Shown here: piece after piece, positions 1 to 11,938 of the stretch | How the letters are laid out: the number at the start of each line of letters is the position of its first letter | How positions within the stretch are numbered: position 1 is the first letter of the stretch | DNA from: Citrobacter telavivensis | Lineage (GTDB): Bacteria; Pseudomonadota; Gammaproteobacteria; Enterobacterales; Enterobacteriaceae | Direction of reading: 5' to 3' | Assembly (NCBI GenBank): GCA_009363175.1 | Contig: CP045205.1 | Coordinates: 856,549-920,548, forward strand | DNA: 64,000 nt | Program-made: the position numbers and the translations under genes | The notes under the pieces: model-generated | The model's database searches: none | What the model was told of the DNA's origin: nothing | Seen by the model: only the letters and a program-made list of their open reading frames with translations

Positions 1-497
1 AGCAGGCGATCAGCCGTGGTCTGGCCTACGCCCCGTATGCCGACCTGGTCTGGTGTGAAACCTCCACGCCGGATCTTGAACTGGCGAAGCGTTTTGCCGA
101 TGCCATTCACGCGAAGTATCCAGGTAAACTGCTGGCCTACAACTGCTCGCCGTCGTTTAACTGGCAGAAGAATCTGGACGACAAGACCATCGCCAGCTTC
201 CAGCAACAGTTGTCCGATATGGGCTACAAGTACCAGTTCATCACCCTGGCGGGTATCCACAGCATGTGGTTCAACATGTTCGACCTCGCGCGTTCCTACG
301 CACAGGGCGAAGGCATGAAGCATTACGTTGAAAAGGTACAGCAGCCAGAATTCGCCGCAGGCTCGGACGGTTACACCTTCGTCTCTCACCAACAGGAAGT
401 GGGCACCGGCTACTTCGATAAAGTCACCACCATCATTCAGGGCGGCGCATCATCGGTGACCGCGTTGACCGGTTCGACCGAAGAATCGCAGTTCTGA
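1..497 (+). CDS. aceA: Isocitrate lyase AceA, C-terminal part (5' end lies outside the window; reading frame 3).
   Basis: Frame-3 translation from base 3 reads ...[54 protein letters not shown]... and continues into the ORF-track C-terminus ...TGSTEESQF, as in enterobacterial AceA. Confidence 0.9.
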   Translation, partial: QAISRGLAYAPYADLVWCETSTPDLELAKRFADAIHAKYPGKLLAYNCSPSFNWQKNLDDKTIASFQQQLSDMGYKYQFITLAGIHSMWFNMFDLARSYAQGEGMKHYVEKVQQPEFAAGSDGYTFVSHQQEVGTGYFDKVTTIIQGGASSVTALTGSTEESQF

Positions 498-499
498 TT

Positions 500-2324
<1,825 letters not shown>

Positions 2325-2327
2325 TTA

Positions 2328-2430
2328 CTATAGGCCGGATAAGGCGCTTACGCCGCCATCCGGCAATATGCGCCGATCTACCTGATGGCGCTACGCTTAT
2401 CAGCCCTACCGAAAATGCCCCTTAGGGATA
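2328..2430. repeat. REP cluster downstream of aceK
   Basis: ggccggataaggcgcttacgccgccatccggca followed by a second palindromic unit. Confidence 0.7.
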
Positions 2431-2436
2431 TTTTGC

Positions 2437-3261
2437 TTACCGGATCCCGCCGTACGCCAGCGTGACTTCTTTCGCCGCCTTGATCACCATCGCGCCAAAC
2501 TCGGTAACGCGGTCGTCGGTGATGCGCGAAATCGGGCCGGAGATAGAGATCGCCGCGAACGGCTCGCGATGCTCGTCAAAAATGCACGACGCCACGCAGC
2601 GCAGACCGAGCGCATGCTCCTCATCATCAAAGGAATAACCGCGCTTGCGGGTCTGGGCGAGGTCGTCCTTCAGATGAACCGGGGAGACCAGCGTCGCGTG
2701 GGTGTACGCATGCAGCCCTTTGCGGTGCAGCAACTGGGTTACCTGTTCTTCACTCAGCTGCGCTAAAAACGCTTTGCCTGCGCCAGAGGCGTGCATCGGC
2801 AGCTTACCGCCAATCGGTGCAGACATGCGCATCAGTTGGGTGCACTGCACCTGGTCAATGATAATCGCCTGATGGTCACTCTGATCCAACACCGCCAGAT
2901 TTACCGTTTCACCGGAATCCTCCATCAGTTTGCGCAGAATCGGATGGACGATTGCCAGCAGATTGCGGCTCTGTAAAAAGCTGCTGCCGACGATGAACGC
3001 GTGCGCGCCTATCGCCCAGTGCCCAAGATCGCCCACCTGACGCACAAAGCCCTGCTGCTGCATGGTGGTGAGTAAACGGTGAGTGGTGGAGTTTGGCAAA
3101 CCAGCCTGCTGTGCCAGTTCGGTCAACGCCACGCTGCCGTTGGATTCCGCGATCCATTCCAGTAGTTTCAGGCCACGGGTCAGCGACTGAACCTGTCCGG
3201 CAGCGGGGGCGGTTGTCGCAGCGGGTTTTCTGCCGCGTTTGGCGGGAACGGGTGCAACCAT
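2437..3261 (-). CDS. iclR: IclR, repressor of the acetate/glyoxylate operon
   Basis: 274 aa, MVAPVPAKRGRKPA...SLTRGLKLLEWIAESNGSVALTELAQQAGLPNSTTHRLLTTMQQQGFVRQ. Divergent from metH as in E. coli. Confidence 0.93.
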   Translation of the reverse strand: MVAPVPAKRGRKPAATTAPAAGQVQSLTRGLKLLEWIAESNGSVALTELAQQAGLPNSTTHRLLTTMQQQGFVRQVGDLGHWAIGAHAFIVGSSFLQSRNLLAIVHPILRKLMEDSGETVNLAVLDQSDHQAIIIDQVQCTQLMRMSAPIGGKLPMHASGAGKAFLAQLSEEQVTQLLHRKGLHAYTHATLVSPVHLKDDLAQTRKRGYSFDDEEHALGLRCVASCIFDEHREPFAAISISGPISRITDDRVTEFGAMVIKAAKEVTLAYGGIR

Positions 3262-3454
3262 AGCGGACTCCTTTTCTGTATCGTGGAAATCATTTTCGTT
3301 TTATTCAATTATAATGCAAGAAGACTTGTACTGATCGGATGAGTGAAGCTGAACATGTCTCATGTTGCCCGTTGTTGGCTTTTCCGTCAGCCCTGTTTAT
3401 GCCACTATGTTTTGTTGACTTTTTCGGTCTGGTTGAGCGTTGTCGGGAGCAAGT

Positions 3455-6400
3455 GTGAGCAGCAAAGTTGAACAACTGCGTGCGCAGTTAAATGAACGTA
3501 TTCTGGTGCTGGACGGCGGCATGGGCACGATGATCCAGAGCTACCGTCTGAGTGAAGAGGATTTCCGTGGTGAACGCTTTGCCGACTGGCCGTGCGACCT
3601 GAAAGGTAATAATGACCTGCTGGTGCTTAGCAAGCCAGAGGTGATTGCTGCCATACACAACGCGTATTTTGACGCGGGCGCGGACATCATTGAAACCAAC
3701 ACCTTCAACTCCACTCCTATCGCAATGGCGGATTACCAGATGGAATCCCTGTCGGCGGAGATCAACTTTGCCGCCGCGAAACTGGCGCGCGCCTGTGCTG
3801 ATGAGTGGACCGCTCGCACCCCGGAAAAACCACGCTATGTTGCGGGCGTTCTCGGCCCAACCAACCGGACCGCGTCGATCTCGCCGGATGTGAATGATCC
3901 GGCATTCCGTAATATCACCTTTGACCAGTTGGTGGCCGCTTACCGCGAATCCACCAAAGCGCTGGTGGAAGGCGGCAGTGATCTGATTTTAATTGAAACC
4001 GTCTTTGATACGCTGAACGCGAAAGCGGCGATTTTCGCCGTTAAAGAGGAACTGGAGGCGCTGGGCGTCGACCTGCCGATCATGATTTCCGGCACCATCA
4101 CCGATGCTTCAGGCCGTACGCTTTCCGGTCAGACAACGGAGGCGTTTTATAACTCCCTGCGCCATGCCGAGCCTCTTACCTTCGGTCTCAACTGTGCGCT
4201 GGGACCGGACGAACTGCGCCAGTATGTGCAAGAGCTTTCACGCATTGCCGAATGCTACGTGACGGCACACCCGAACGCCGGGTTGCCCAACGCTTTCGGT
4301 GAATACGATCTGGACGCCGATACGATGGCGGGTCAGATCCGCGAGTGGGCCGAAGCGGGTTTCCTGAACATCGTTGGCGGCTGCTGCGGTACCACTCCGG
4401 AACACATTGCGGCGATGAACCGCGCCGTCGAGGGATTGGCGCCACGTCAGTTGCCGGAGATCCCCGTCGCCTGCCGCCTGTCCGGTCTTGAGCCGCTGAA
4501 TATTGGCGACGACAGCCTGTTTGTGAACGTCGGTGAACGTACCAACGTCACCGGTTCCGCCAAATTTAAGCGCCTGATCAAAGAAGAAAAATACAATGAA
4601 GCGCTGGATGTTGCCCGTCAGCAGGTCGAAAGCGGTGCGCAGATTATCGATATCAACATGGATGAGGGGATGCTCGACGCCGAAGCGGCGATGGTGCGCT
4701 TCCTCAACCTGATTGCCGGTGAGCCGGATATTGCTCGTGTGCCGATCATGATTGACTCCTCAAAATGGGAAGTCATCGAGAAAGGGCTGAAGTGCATTCA
4801 GGGGAAAGGCATCGTTAACTCTATCTCCATGAAAGAGGGGGTTGAGATCTTCACCCACCACGCGAAGCTGCTGCGTCGCTACGGTGCGGCGGTAGTGGTG
4901 ATGGCCTTTGATGAACAGGGCCAGGCGGATACCCGCGCGCGTAAAATCGAGATTTGCCGCCGTGCGTACAAGATTCTCACCGAAGAGGTGGGCTTCCCGC
5001 CGGAAGACATTATTTTCGACCCGAATATTTTCGCGGTAGCGACCGGGATTGAAGAGCACAACAACTACGCGCAGGACTTTATCGGCGCGTGTGAAGACAT
5101 CAAACGCGAGCTACCGCATGCGCTGATCTCTGGCGGCGTGTCCAACGTTTCGTTCTCGTTCCGCGGTAACGACCCGGTACGTGAAGCCATTCACGCGGTG
5201 TTCCTTTACTACGCCATTCGCAACGGTATGGACATGGGGATTGTGAACGCCGGACAGTTGGCGATTTACGACGATTTGCCGGCTGACCTGCGCGACGCGG
5301 TCGAGGACGTGATCCTCAACCGTCGTGATGACGGCACTGAGCGACTGCTGGAACTGGCGGAGAAATACCGTGGCAGCAAGAGCGATGAGACGGCCAACGC
5401 CCAACTGGCGGAATGGCGCACCTGGGAAGTGAAAAAACGCCTCGAATACTCGCTGGTTAAAGGCATCACCGAATTTATCGAGCAGGACACCGAAGAGGCG
5501 CGTCAGCAGGCCGCCCGTCCGATTGAAGTGATTGAAGGGCCGCTGATGGACGGTATGAACGTCGTCGGCGACCTGTTTGGCGAGGGCAAGATGTTCCTGC
5601 CGCAGGTGGTGAAATCCGCTCGCGTAATGAAACAGGCGGTGGCGTATCTCGAACCGTTTATCGAAGCCAGCAAAGAGAAAGGCTCCAGCAACGGTAAAAT
5701 GGTGATCGCCACCGTGAAGGGCGACGTTCACGATATCGGCAAGAATATTGTTGGCGTGGTCCTGCAATGTAACAACTACGAGATCGTCGATCTTGGCGTG
5801 ATGGTGCCGGCAGAGAAGATCCTCAGAACCGCGAAAGAGGTGAATGCCGATCTGATCGGCCTTTCCGGGCTGATTACCCCGTCGCTGGACGAAATGGTCA
5901 ACGTGGCGAAAGAGATGGAGCGTCAGGGCTTCACCATTCCGCTGCTGATTGGCGGGGCGACGACCTCGAAAGCGCATACGGCGGTGAAAATCGAGCAGAA
6001 CTACAGTGGCCCCACGGTTTACGTGCAGAACGCCTCGCGCACCGTCGGCGTGGTCGCCGCGCTACTTTCCGACACCCAGCGCGATGACTTTGTCGCCCGT
6101 ACCCGCAAAGAGTATGAAACCGTGCGTATCCAGCATGGGCGTAAGAAACCGCGTACGCCGCCGGTGACACTGGCGGCCGCGCGTGAAAACGATCTGGCGT
6201 TTGACTGGGAAAACTATACTCCGCCGGTGGCGCATCGTCTGGGCGTGCAGGAGGTCGAAGCCAGCATCGAAACGCTGCGTAACTACATCGACTGGACCCC
6301 GTTCTTTATGACCTGGTCGCTGGCCGGGAAATATCCGCGCATTCTGGAAGATGAAGTGGTCGGCGTCGAGGCGAAGCGCCTGTTTAACGATGCTAACGAC

Positions 6401-7138
6401 ATGCTGGATAAACTGAGCGCGGAGAAGGCGCTGAATCCGCGCGGCGTGGTGGGGCTGTTCCCGGCAAACCGTGTGGGCGATGACATTGAAATCTATCGCG
6501 ATGAAACGCGTACTCACGTGCTGACGGTCAGTCATCATCTGCGTCAGCAAACCGAAAAAGTGGGCTTTGCCAACTACTGTCTGTCTGACTTCGTGGCGCC
6601 AAAACTGTCCGGTAAAGCGGACTACATCGGTGCCTTTGCGGTGACGGGAGGTCTGGAGGAAGACGCGCTGGCCGATGCGTTTGAAGCGCAGCACGATGAT
6701 TACAACAAGATCATGGTGAAAGCGCTTGCCGACCGTCTGGCGGAAGCCTTCGCGGAATACCTGCATGAGCGCGTGCGTAAGGTCTACTGGGGCTATGCGG
6801 CCAACGAGAACCTCAGTAACGAGGAGTTGATTCGCGAAAACTACCAGGGGATTCGTCCGGCGCCAGGGTATCCGGCCTGTCCGGAGCACACCGAGAAAGG
6901 CACCATCTGGCAGTTGCTGGATGTGGAAAAACACACCGGTATGAAGCTCACCGAATCCTTCGCCATGTGGCCTGGCGCATCGGTCTCCGGCTGGTACTTC
7001 AGTCATCCGGACAGCAAGTACTACGCAGTCGCGCAGATTCAGCGCGATCAGGTAGAAGACTATGCTTTCCGTAAAGGGATGAGCGTCTCTGAAGTTGAAC
7101 GCTGGCTGGCCCCTAACCTGGGCTATGACGCCGACTGA
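3455..7138 (+). CDS. metH: B12-dependent methionine synthase MetH. The likely start is the GTG at 3455, not the TTG at 3440 given in the ORF track.
   Basis: ORF of ~1227 aa. [32 protein letters not shown]... matches the MetH N-terminus, and the cobalamin-binding and AdoMet-domain blocks are present. Confidence 0.95.
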   Translation: MSSKVEQLRAQLNERILVLDGGMGTMIQSYRLSEEDFRGERFADWPCDLKGNNDLLVLSKPEVIAAIHNAYFDAGADIIETNTFNSTPIAMADYQMESLSAEINFAAAKLARACADEWTARTPEKPRYVAGVLGPTNRTASISPDVNDPAFRNITFDQLVAAYRESTKALVEGGSDLILIETVFDTLNAKAAIFAVKEELEALGVDLPIMISGTITDASGRTLSGQTTEAFYNSLRHAEPLTFGLNCALGPDELRQYVQELSRIAECYVTAHPNAGLPNAFGEYDLDADTMAGQIREWAEAGFLNIVGGCCGTTPEHIAAMNRAVEGLAPRQLPEIPVACRLSGLEPLNIGDDSLFVNVGERTNVTGSAKFKRLIKEEKYNEALDVARQQVESGAQIIDINMDEGMLDAEAAMVRFLNLIAGEPDIARVPIMIDSSKWEVIEKGLKCIQGKGIVNSISMKEGVEIFTHHAKLLRRYGAAVVVMAFDEQGQADTRARKIEICRRAYKILTEEVGFPPEDIIFDPNIFAVATGIEEHNNYAQDFIGACEDIKRELPHALISGGVSNVSFSFRGNDPVREAIHAVFLYYAIRNGMDMGIVNAGQLAIYDDLPADLRDAVEDVILNRRDDGTERLLELAEKYRGSKSDETANAQLAEWRTWEVKKRLEYSLVKGITEFIEQDTEEARQQAARPIEVIEGPLMDGMNVVGDLFGEGKMFLPQVVKSARVMKQAVAYLEPFIEASKEKGSSNGKMVIATVKGDVHDIGKNIVGVVLQCNNYEIVDLGVMVPAEKILRTAKEVNADLIGLSGLITPSLDEMVNVAKEMERQGFTIPLLIGGATTSKAHTAVKIEQNYSGPTVYVQNASRTVGVVAALLSDTQRDDFVARTRKEYETVRIQHGRKKPRTPPVTLAAARENDLAFDWENYTPPVAHRLGVQEVEASIETLRNYIDWTPFFMTWSLAGKYPRILEDEVVGVEAKRLFNDANDMLDKLSAEKALNPRGVVGLFPANRVGDDIEIYRDETRTHVLTVSHHLRQQTEKVGFANYCLSDFVAPKLSGKADYIGAFAVTGGLEEDALADAFEAQHDDYNKIMVKALADRLAEAFAEYLHERVRKVYWGYAANENLSNEELIRENYQGIRPAPGYPACPEHTEKGTIWQLLDVEKHTGMKLTESFAMWPGASVSGWYFSHPDSKYYAVAQIQRDQVEDYAFRKGMSVSEVERWLAPNLGYDAD

Positions 7139-7217
7139 TCGGTCCGGGCGTTTCCCGTCAGCGTCAGCCGTTCAGCGGCGCTGGTGGGAAACGTAATGGC
7201 AACGGAGGCCATGTAAC

Positions 7218-7670
7218 ATGTTTAGCCTGTTCAAAACCCGAAATAAAATTCTCTTATTCTGGGGGCTGATGGATCTGCTGGCGCTGGGCGCATATTTCTG
7301 GCTGTCCACGCGTCAGGGCAACGTACCCTTTTATTCGGATGTGGTTAATTTCACCCACACCTTTTCCGCTTTTGGGGCGAGTGAAGGACCCGGCGCAGCG
7401 ATCCAGATCGTCTTCTTCGTTGGCCTGTTAATGAAGATTTCGCTCGTCTACACCGCATATTTGTTTCTGTTTAAAGATAAATTGAATTATATCCTGCTGG
7501 GCATTCAGGAGGTTTTACGCTTTGCGTCACTGACCTGCTCGGTCTCACTGTTTCCCCTGTTTTTCTCGCTCATCGGCAGCCATTCGGCAGCGTTGGCGCT
7601 GTCCGGATTTCTGTTATCCGAATGCGGCAAAGTGGGGTCGCTATGGTGGTATCACAGACGTTCGGCATGA
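7218..7670 (+). CDS. Small predicted inner-membrane protein (150 aa, 3-4 hydrophobic helices), function unknown
   Basis: GGAGG lies 11 nt upstream of the ATG. Long hydrophobic segments are present (LLALGAYFWL, IVFFVGLLMKISLVYTAYLFLF, SLFPLFFSLIGSHSAALALSGFLL). It fills the gap between metH and yjbB. Confidence 0.45.
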   Translation: MFSLFKTRNKILLFWGLMDLLALGAYFWLSTRQGNVPFYSDVVNFTHTFSAFGASEGPGAAIQIVFFVGLLMKISLVYTAYLFLFKDKLNYILLGIQEVLRFASLTCSVSLFPLFFSLIGSHSAALALSGFLLSECGKVGSLWWYHRRSA

Positions 7671-7789
7671 CGTGAGCGGGGAAATTCCGACAGGATGTCA
7701 CGAAACTGTCATCTTTCCTTACAACTAACAGGGTGCTCACCGGGCACCCTGTCTCTTTCTTGCGTTTAAACCCTTATACTGGAAGAAGG

Positions 7790-7900
7790 CTCATGAACGT
7801 TACTTGCCGGATGGCGGCGTATGCGCCTTATCCGGCCTACCGGGCTTATTTGTAGGCCTGATAAGCGCAGCGTCATCAGGCATGATGCGGGCGCCATGAG
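7790..7900. repeat. REP/BIME cluster upstream of yjbB
   Basis: ccggatggcggcgtatgcgccttatccggcctac ... gtaggcctgataagcgcagcgtcatcaggc. Confidence 0.75.
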
Positions 7901-7937
7901 TCCCGGGAACCTATAACAATAAGGAGTACCTGATTCC

Positions 7938-9569
7938 GTGTTAACTTTGCTCCACCTGCTTTCTGCTGTCGCCCTGCTGGTCTGGGGTACCCATATTGTT
8001 CGTACTGGCGTCATGCGGGTGTTTGGCGCTCGCCTGCGTACCGTTCTGAGCCGTAGCGTTGAAAAGAAACCGCTCGCCTTCTGCGCGGGGATTGGCGTCA
8101 CTGCGCTGGTACAAAGCAGTAACGCCACCACCATGCTGGTGACCTCGTTTGTCGCCCAGGATCTTGTCGCGCTGACGCCTGCGCTGGTGATTGTGCTCGG
8201 CGCTGACGTGGGGACCGCGCTGATGGCGCGTATTCTCACCTTCGATTTATCATGGTTGTCGCCGCTGCTGATTTTTATCGGCGTGATCTTCTTCCTCGGC
8301 CGTAAACAGTCACGCGCCGGGCAACTGGGGCGGGTGGGTATCGGCCTTGGCCTGATCCTGCTGGCGCTGGAGCTGATTGTCCAGGCCGTCACGCCCATGA
8401 CGCAGGCCAACGGCGTGCAGGTGATTTTCGCCTCGCTGACCGGCGATATCATGCTGGATGCGCTAATTGGCGCGATGTTCGCGATAATCAGTTACTCCAG
8501 CCTGGCGGCGGTACTGCTAACGGCCACCCTGACGGCGGCGGGGATCATCTCCTTCCCGGTGGCGCTGTGTCTGGTGATTGGCGCCAACCTTGGCTCCGGC
8601 CTGCTGGCGATGCTCAACAACAGCGCGGCCAATGCCGCGGCTCGCCGCGTCGCGCTCGGCAGTCTGCTGTTCAAGCTGGTGGGCAGCCTGATTATTCTGC
8701 CGTTTGTACACCCACTGGCGAATCTGATGGATGAATTACCGCTGCCGAAATCCGAGCTGGTGATCTATTTCCACGTCTTCTACAACCTGGTGCGCTGCCT
8801 GGCGATGATTCCTTTTGCCGAGCCGATGGCGCGCTTCTGTAAGCGCATCATCCGCGACGAGCCGGAGCTGGATGCACATCTCAAGCCGAAGCACCTGGAC
8901 GTTAGCGCGCTGGATACGCCGACCCTTGCGCTGGCCAATGCCGCCCGTGAAGCGCTGCGCATCGGCGATGCGATGGAACAGATGATGGAAGGGCTGAAAA
9001 GGGTGATGCACGGCGAGCCGCGTGAAGAGAAAGAGCTGCGCAAAATGGCGGATGACATTAACGTGCTCTACACCGCCATTAAGCTCTACCTGGCGCGAAT
9101 GCCGAAAGAGGAACTGGCGGAGGAGGAGTCGCGCCGCTGGGCGGAGATTATTGAGATGTCGCTCAACCTTGAACAGGCGTCGGATATTGTGGAGCGCATG
9201 GGCAGTGAAATTGCCGACAAGTCGCTGGCGGCGCGTCGGGCGTTTTCGATTGAGGGGTTAAAAGAGCTGGATGCGCTCTATGACCAACTGCTCAGCAATC
9301 TGCAACTGGCGATGTCGGTGTTCTTCTCCGGCGACGTGACCAGCGCCCGCCGGTTGCGTCGTAGCAAACATCGTTTCCGGATCCTGAACCGTCGTTACTC
9401 GCATGCGCACGTAGACCGTCTGCATCAGCAAAACGTACAAAGCATCGAGACCAGTTCCCTGCACCTGGGGTTACTGGGCGATATGCAGCGTCTGAACTCG
9501 CTGTTCTGTTCTGTGGCCTACAGCGTGCTGGAACAGCCGGACGAAGACGATGAGCGGGATGATTACTAA
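7938..9569 (+). CDS. yjbB: YjbB, Na+/phosphate cotransporter-family membrane protein with C-terminal PhoU-like repeats
   Basis: 543 aa. Membrane N-terminal half and a helical, PhoU-like C-terminal half. Same position as E. coli yjbB. Confidence 0.88.
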   Translation: MLTLLHLLSAVALLVWGTHIVRTGVMRVFGARLRTVLSRSVEKKPLAFCAGIGVTALVQSSNATTMLVTSFVAQDLVALTPALVIVLGADVGTALMARILTFDLSWLSPLLIFIGVIFFLGRKQSRAGQLGRVGIGLGLILLALELIVQAVTPMTQANGVQVIFASLTGDIMLDALIGAMFAIISYSSLAAVLLTATLTAAGIISFPVALCLVIGANLGSGLLAMLNNSAANAAARRVALGSLLFKLVGSLIILPFVHPLANLMDELPLPKSELVIYFHVFYNLVRCLAMIPFAEPMARFCKRIIRDEPELDAHLKPKHLDVSALDTPTLALANAAREALRIGDAMEQMMEGLKRVMHGEPREEKELRKMADDINVLYTAIKLYLARMPKEELAEEESRRWAEIIEMSLNLEQASDIVERMGSEIADKSLAARRAFSIEGLKELDALYDQLLSNLQLAMSVFFSGDVTSARRLRRSKHRFRILNRRYSHAHVDRLHQQNVQSIETSSLHLGLLGDMQRLNSLFCSVAYSVLEQPDEDDERDDY

Positions 9570-9574
9570 CCGGC

Positions 9575-9664
9575 GGTAATGCCGGATAGCGCGGCGTTTA
9601 TCCGGCCTACAGTGAGCGCAATCTGTAGGCCGAATAAGGCGTTTACGCCGCCATCCGGCAACGT
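9575..9664. repeat. REP cluster between yjbB and pepE
   Basis: gccggatagcgcggcgtttatccggcctacag ... gtaggccgaataaggcgtttacgccgccatccggca. Confidence 0.75.
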
Positions 9665-9667
9665 CGG

Positions 9668-10360
9668 TTAAAAGCAGTGACCTGCCTCAACGGCAACCGC
9701 ATCTTTACCGGCTTCGAACACGTACGTGGTGTTCGGGCCGCCAAGCACCGCCTGGCCTTTGCTCACTTTAATCCAGTTCCCTTCCGGCAGACCGATCACC
9801 GTCAGTTCTGGCGCGACAACCAGTAGCTCGCGAATACGCTGTTCACGCGTTTCGCCTTTATGACCTTCCGGCAGCGCGTTGGTGAAATGCGGGTTAATCT
9901 GTAGCGGGAACAGGCCCAGCGCATCGAAACCTTTTGGATCGACAATCGGCATGTCGTTGGTGGTGCGGATGGTCTGGCAGGCGAGGTTCGCACCCGCGCT
10001 CCAGCCGATGTACAGCGCACCGCGTTTTACCACGTCAACCATCGGCGCCAGCAATCCGCGTTCGCGGCTCTCTTTCAGCAACTGGAAGGTATTCCCTCCG
10101 CCGACGATCACCACTTCCGCATTTTCAATTGCTGCCAGCGGATCGGCGACGCTGTGAATGCCCACCACCCTGACGCCCATGGGGGCGAAAATCGCTGCCG
10201 TTTTTTCCGTGTACTCATCCCAGGTCTGGGTCACGCCTGCGAAGGGAATAAACACCGCTGAGCGGCGACCATTCAACTGTTCCACAATCAGCGGCAGCGC
10301 GTGTTCCATCCAGTCTTTACCTGGCAACGTCGAGTTACTCAATAAAAGCAGTTCCATCAT
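9668..10360 (-). CDS. pepE: Peptidase E (alpha-aspartyl dipeptidase)
   Basis: (M)[42 protein letters not shown]...[24 protein letters not shown]. The S51-family catalytic Ser motif is present. Confidence 0.93.
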   Translation of the reverse strand: MMELLLLSNSTLPGKDWMEHALPLIVEQLNGRRSAVFIPFAGVTQTWDEYTEKTAAIFAPMGVRVVGIHSVADPLAAIENAEVVIVGGGNTFQLLKESRERGLLAPMVDVVKRGALYIGWSAGANLACQTIRTTNDMPIVDPKGFDALGLFPLQINPHFTNALPEGHKGETREQRIRELLVVAPELTVIGLPEGNWIKVSKGQAVLGGPNTTYVFEAGKDAVAVEAGHCF

Positions 10361-11283
10361 TTCTCCGTAAAATCAGAAAATTACAAAACGCGATAATGTA
10401 CCACTGACAGTGTAGCGTCTTACTGACATGGCTCACGATGTTGGAAGGGGATTGCGGAAAGGCAAAGCCGTGTTTTAACGATGCGCCCGGTTCCTGGCGC
10501 ATTCATCAGCACTGACCGGTATTCACTGTCGGACGATTTTCTCGCTAATTTGCGATGAAACAGGCGCGACAGACGCATTAAACAGCGCGAGACATTTCCA
10601 ATATTTAAGTTTGAAAATGATAACTATTTTTAATACGGTAAATGCAGAATAGCGTTTAGCGGTTTTATATTTATTATTGCTGATGTTTTTTATTCAATAT
10701 TCCTGAGGGTTAAAAGGGGTTCTTATTTTAAAATTTAGAAAATGTTCTATTTAATAAGACAGTCAAAATGCGGCTCTGTCATAGCGTTAACCAGGAAAAG
10801 ACGGGCATTAAGTGGAAAAGGCATACGGCGCTCGCTCGCCCCTCTGAAGCCTCGAATCCGGTGTCTGAAGGGGAGGTATCGTCTGGATGGTGCCATGCAA
10901 GCAATTTTCATATTTGTGTAACTAAATATTTCATTTCGAATATATAATTTTACGTAACTAGCTGAAATATGGGAATTTTACCAAAAATTTAATTTTATGT
11001 ATCTTTTTGTTTTACCTACAATCAGTAAGGTAAATTCCGAAAAAAAGATCGATTACAACGATCGATATTTCTCCAGTAATAGTCTTTGTCTATTGGTTTT
11101 GTTCTATCGATCAGGTTTGACAATCAATATTGCTCATGTACTATTCTGGTTGAATCAATATTATACCGACAGCAACAGAGTGGGCGTGCCGGACTATGTC
11201 AGAATAAATAATCTCGCCGGATAACAGACTCCCTACTAAGAATAAATGAACGGGCTGTCCTTGATATAGGGAGCATAATCTGT
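10361..11283. other. AT-rich (~30-35% GC) non-coding spacer marking the start of an accessory block. Probably an H-NS-type silenced regulatory region for the downstream LuxR/autotransporter genes.
   Basis: Sharp fall in GC relative to the flanking genes (>52%). Only short ORFs without ribosome-binding sites. Confidence 0.5.
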
Positions 11284-11829
11284 ATGACAAAGGAATATGT
11301 AAAGAAGTGCCATATCGCCAGTTGGCCTGAAAATGATTTTTATTTTTCCAGGGGAATTTCCGTTCTGTCCAGGAAATTGATTAATTCTCATTCCGGCTCA
11401 GACTACCTGTTTATTCACCTTAATAGCTACACATTAAAGAGTTTCTTTCGATCATTCTCTCAATTGAGTAAGAGTGGTTATCAGCTGATCATTATTTCCA
11501 GCCAACGACTCATGCCACTGGCTTTTTTCTGGCACCTGAAATGTCAGGCTGTTAGCGCAATCTTTGAATCGCGTTGTTCTGTTAACGATATCATCCGCGG
11601 TCTGGACACTGTCGCGACGGGGCGTCAAATCGTGTGGTCATTCCCGGGACCAGCCTGTCGGCTCTCCTCAAGAGATGTTTTGCTTCTGCGACATTATCTT
11701 GAAGGCGGAAGTATGAGTTATTTGCAGGAGAAACATTGCCGCGCCTATTCCACCTTGCAAGGATGGAAAACCACTGTTGCTCGTAAATTTAAAGTAAAGA
11801 AACTCGAACATCTGCTTATTCCGAACTGA
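11284..11829 (+). CDS. Small LuxR/GerE-family transcription regulator (181 aa; HTH in the C-terminal ~60 aa, no receiver domain)
   Basis: C-terminus LSSRDVLLLRHYLEGGSMSYLQEKHCRAYSTLQGWKTTVARKFKVKKLEHLL is a LuxR-type HTH. Low-GC gene directly upstream of the autotransporter. Confidence 0.65.
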   Translation: MTKEYVKKCHIASWPENDFYFSRGISVLSRKLINSHSGSDYLFIHLNSYTLKSFFRSFSQLSKSGYQLIIISSQRLMPLAFFWHLKCQAVSAIFESRCSVNDIIRGLDTVATGRQIVWSFPGPACRLSSRDVLLLRHYLEGGSMSYLQEKHCRAYSTLQGWKTTVARKFKVKKLEHLLIPN

Positions 11830-11938
11830 ATAACACGCTCAAAAATCAGTTTTCTTTTCTTCGGCCGGCCCATGACACTTTCATAAGCCGCAGAGAAGTG
11901 CTCGTCAAATATGGACTTTATTAACTATGGATTTAGAT

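Noticed and set aside
10997-11224. 75-aa ORF inside the AT-rich spacer
   Set aside because: No ribosome-binding site and a low-complexity AT-driven sequence. It is more likely part of a promoter or silencing region.
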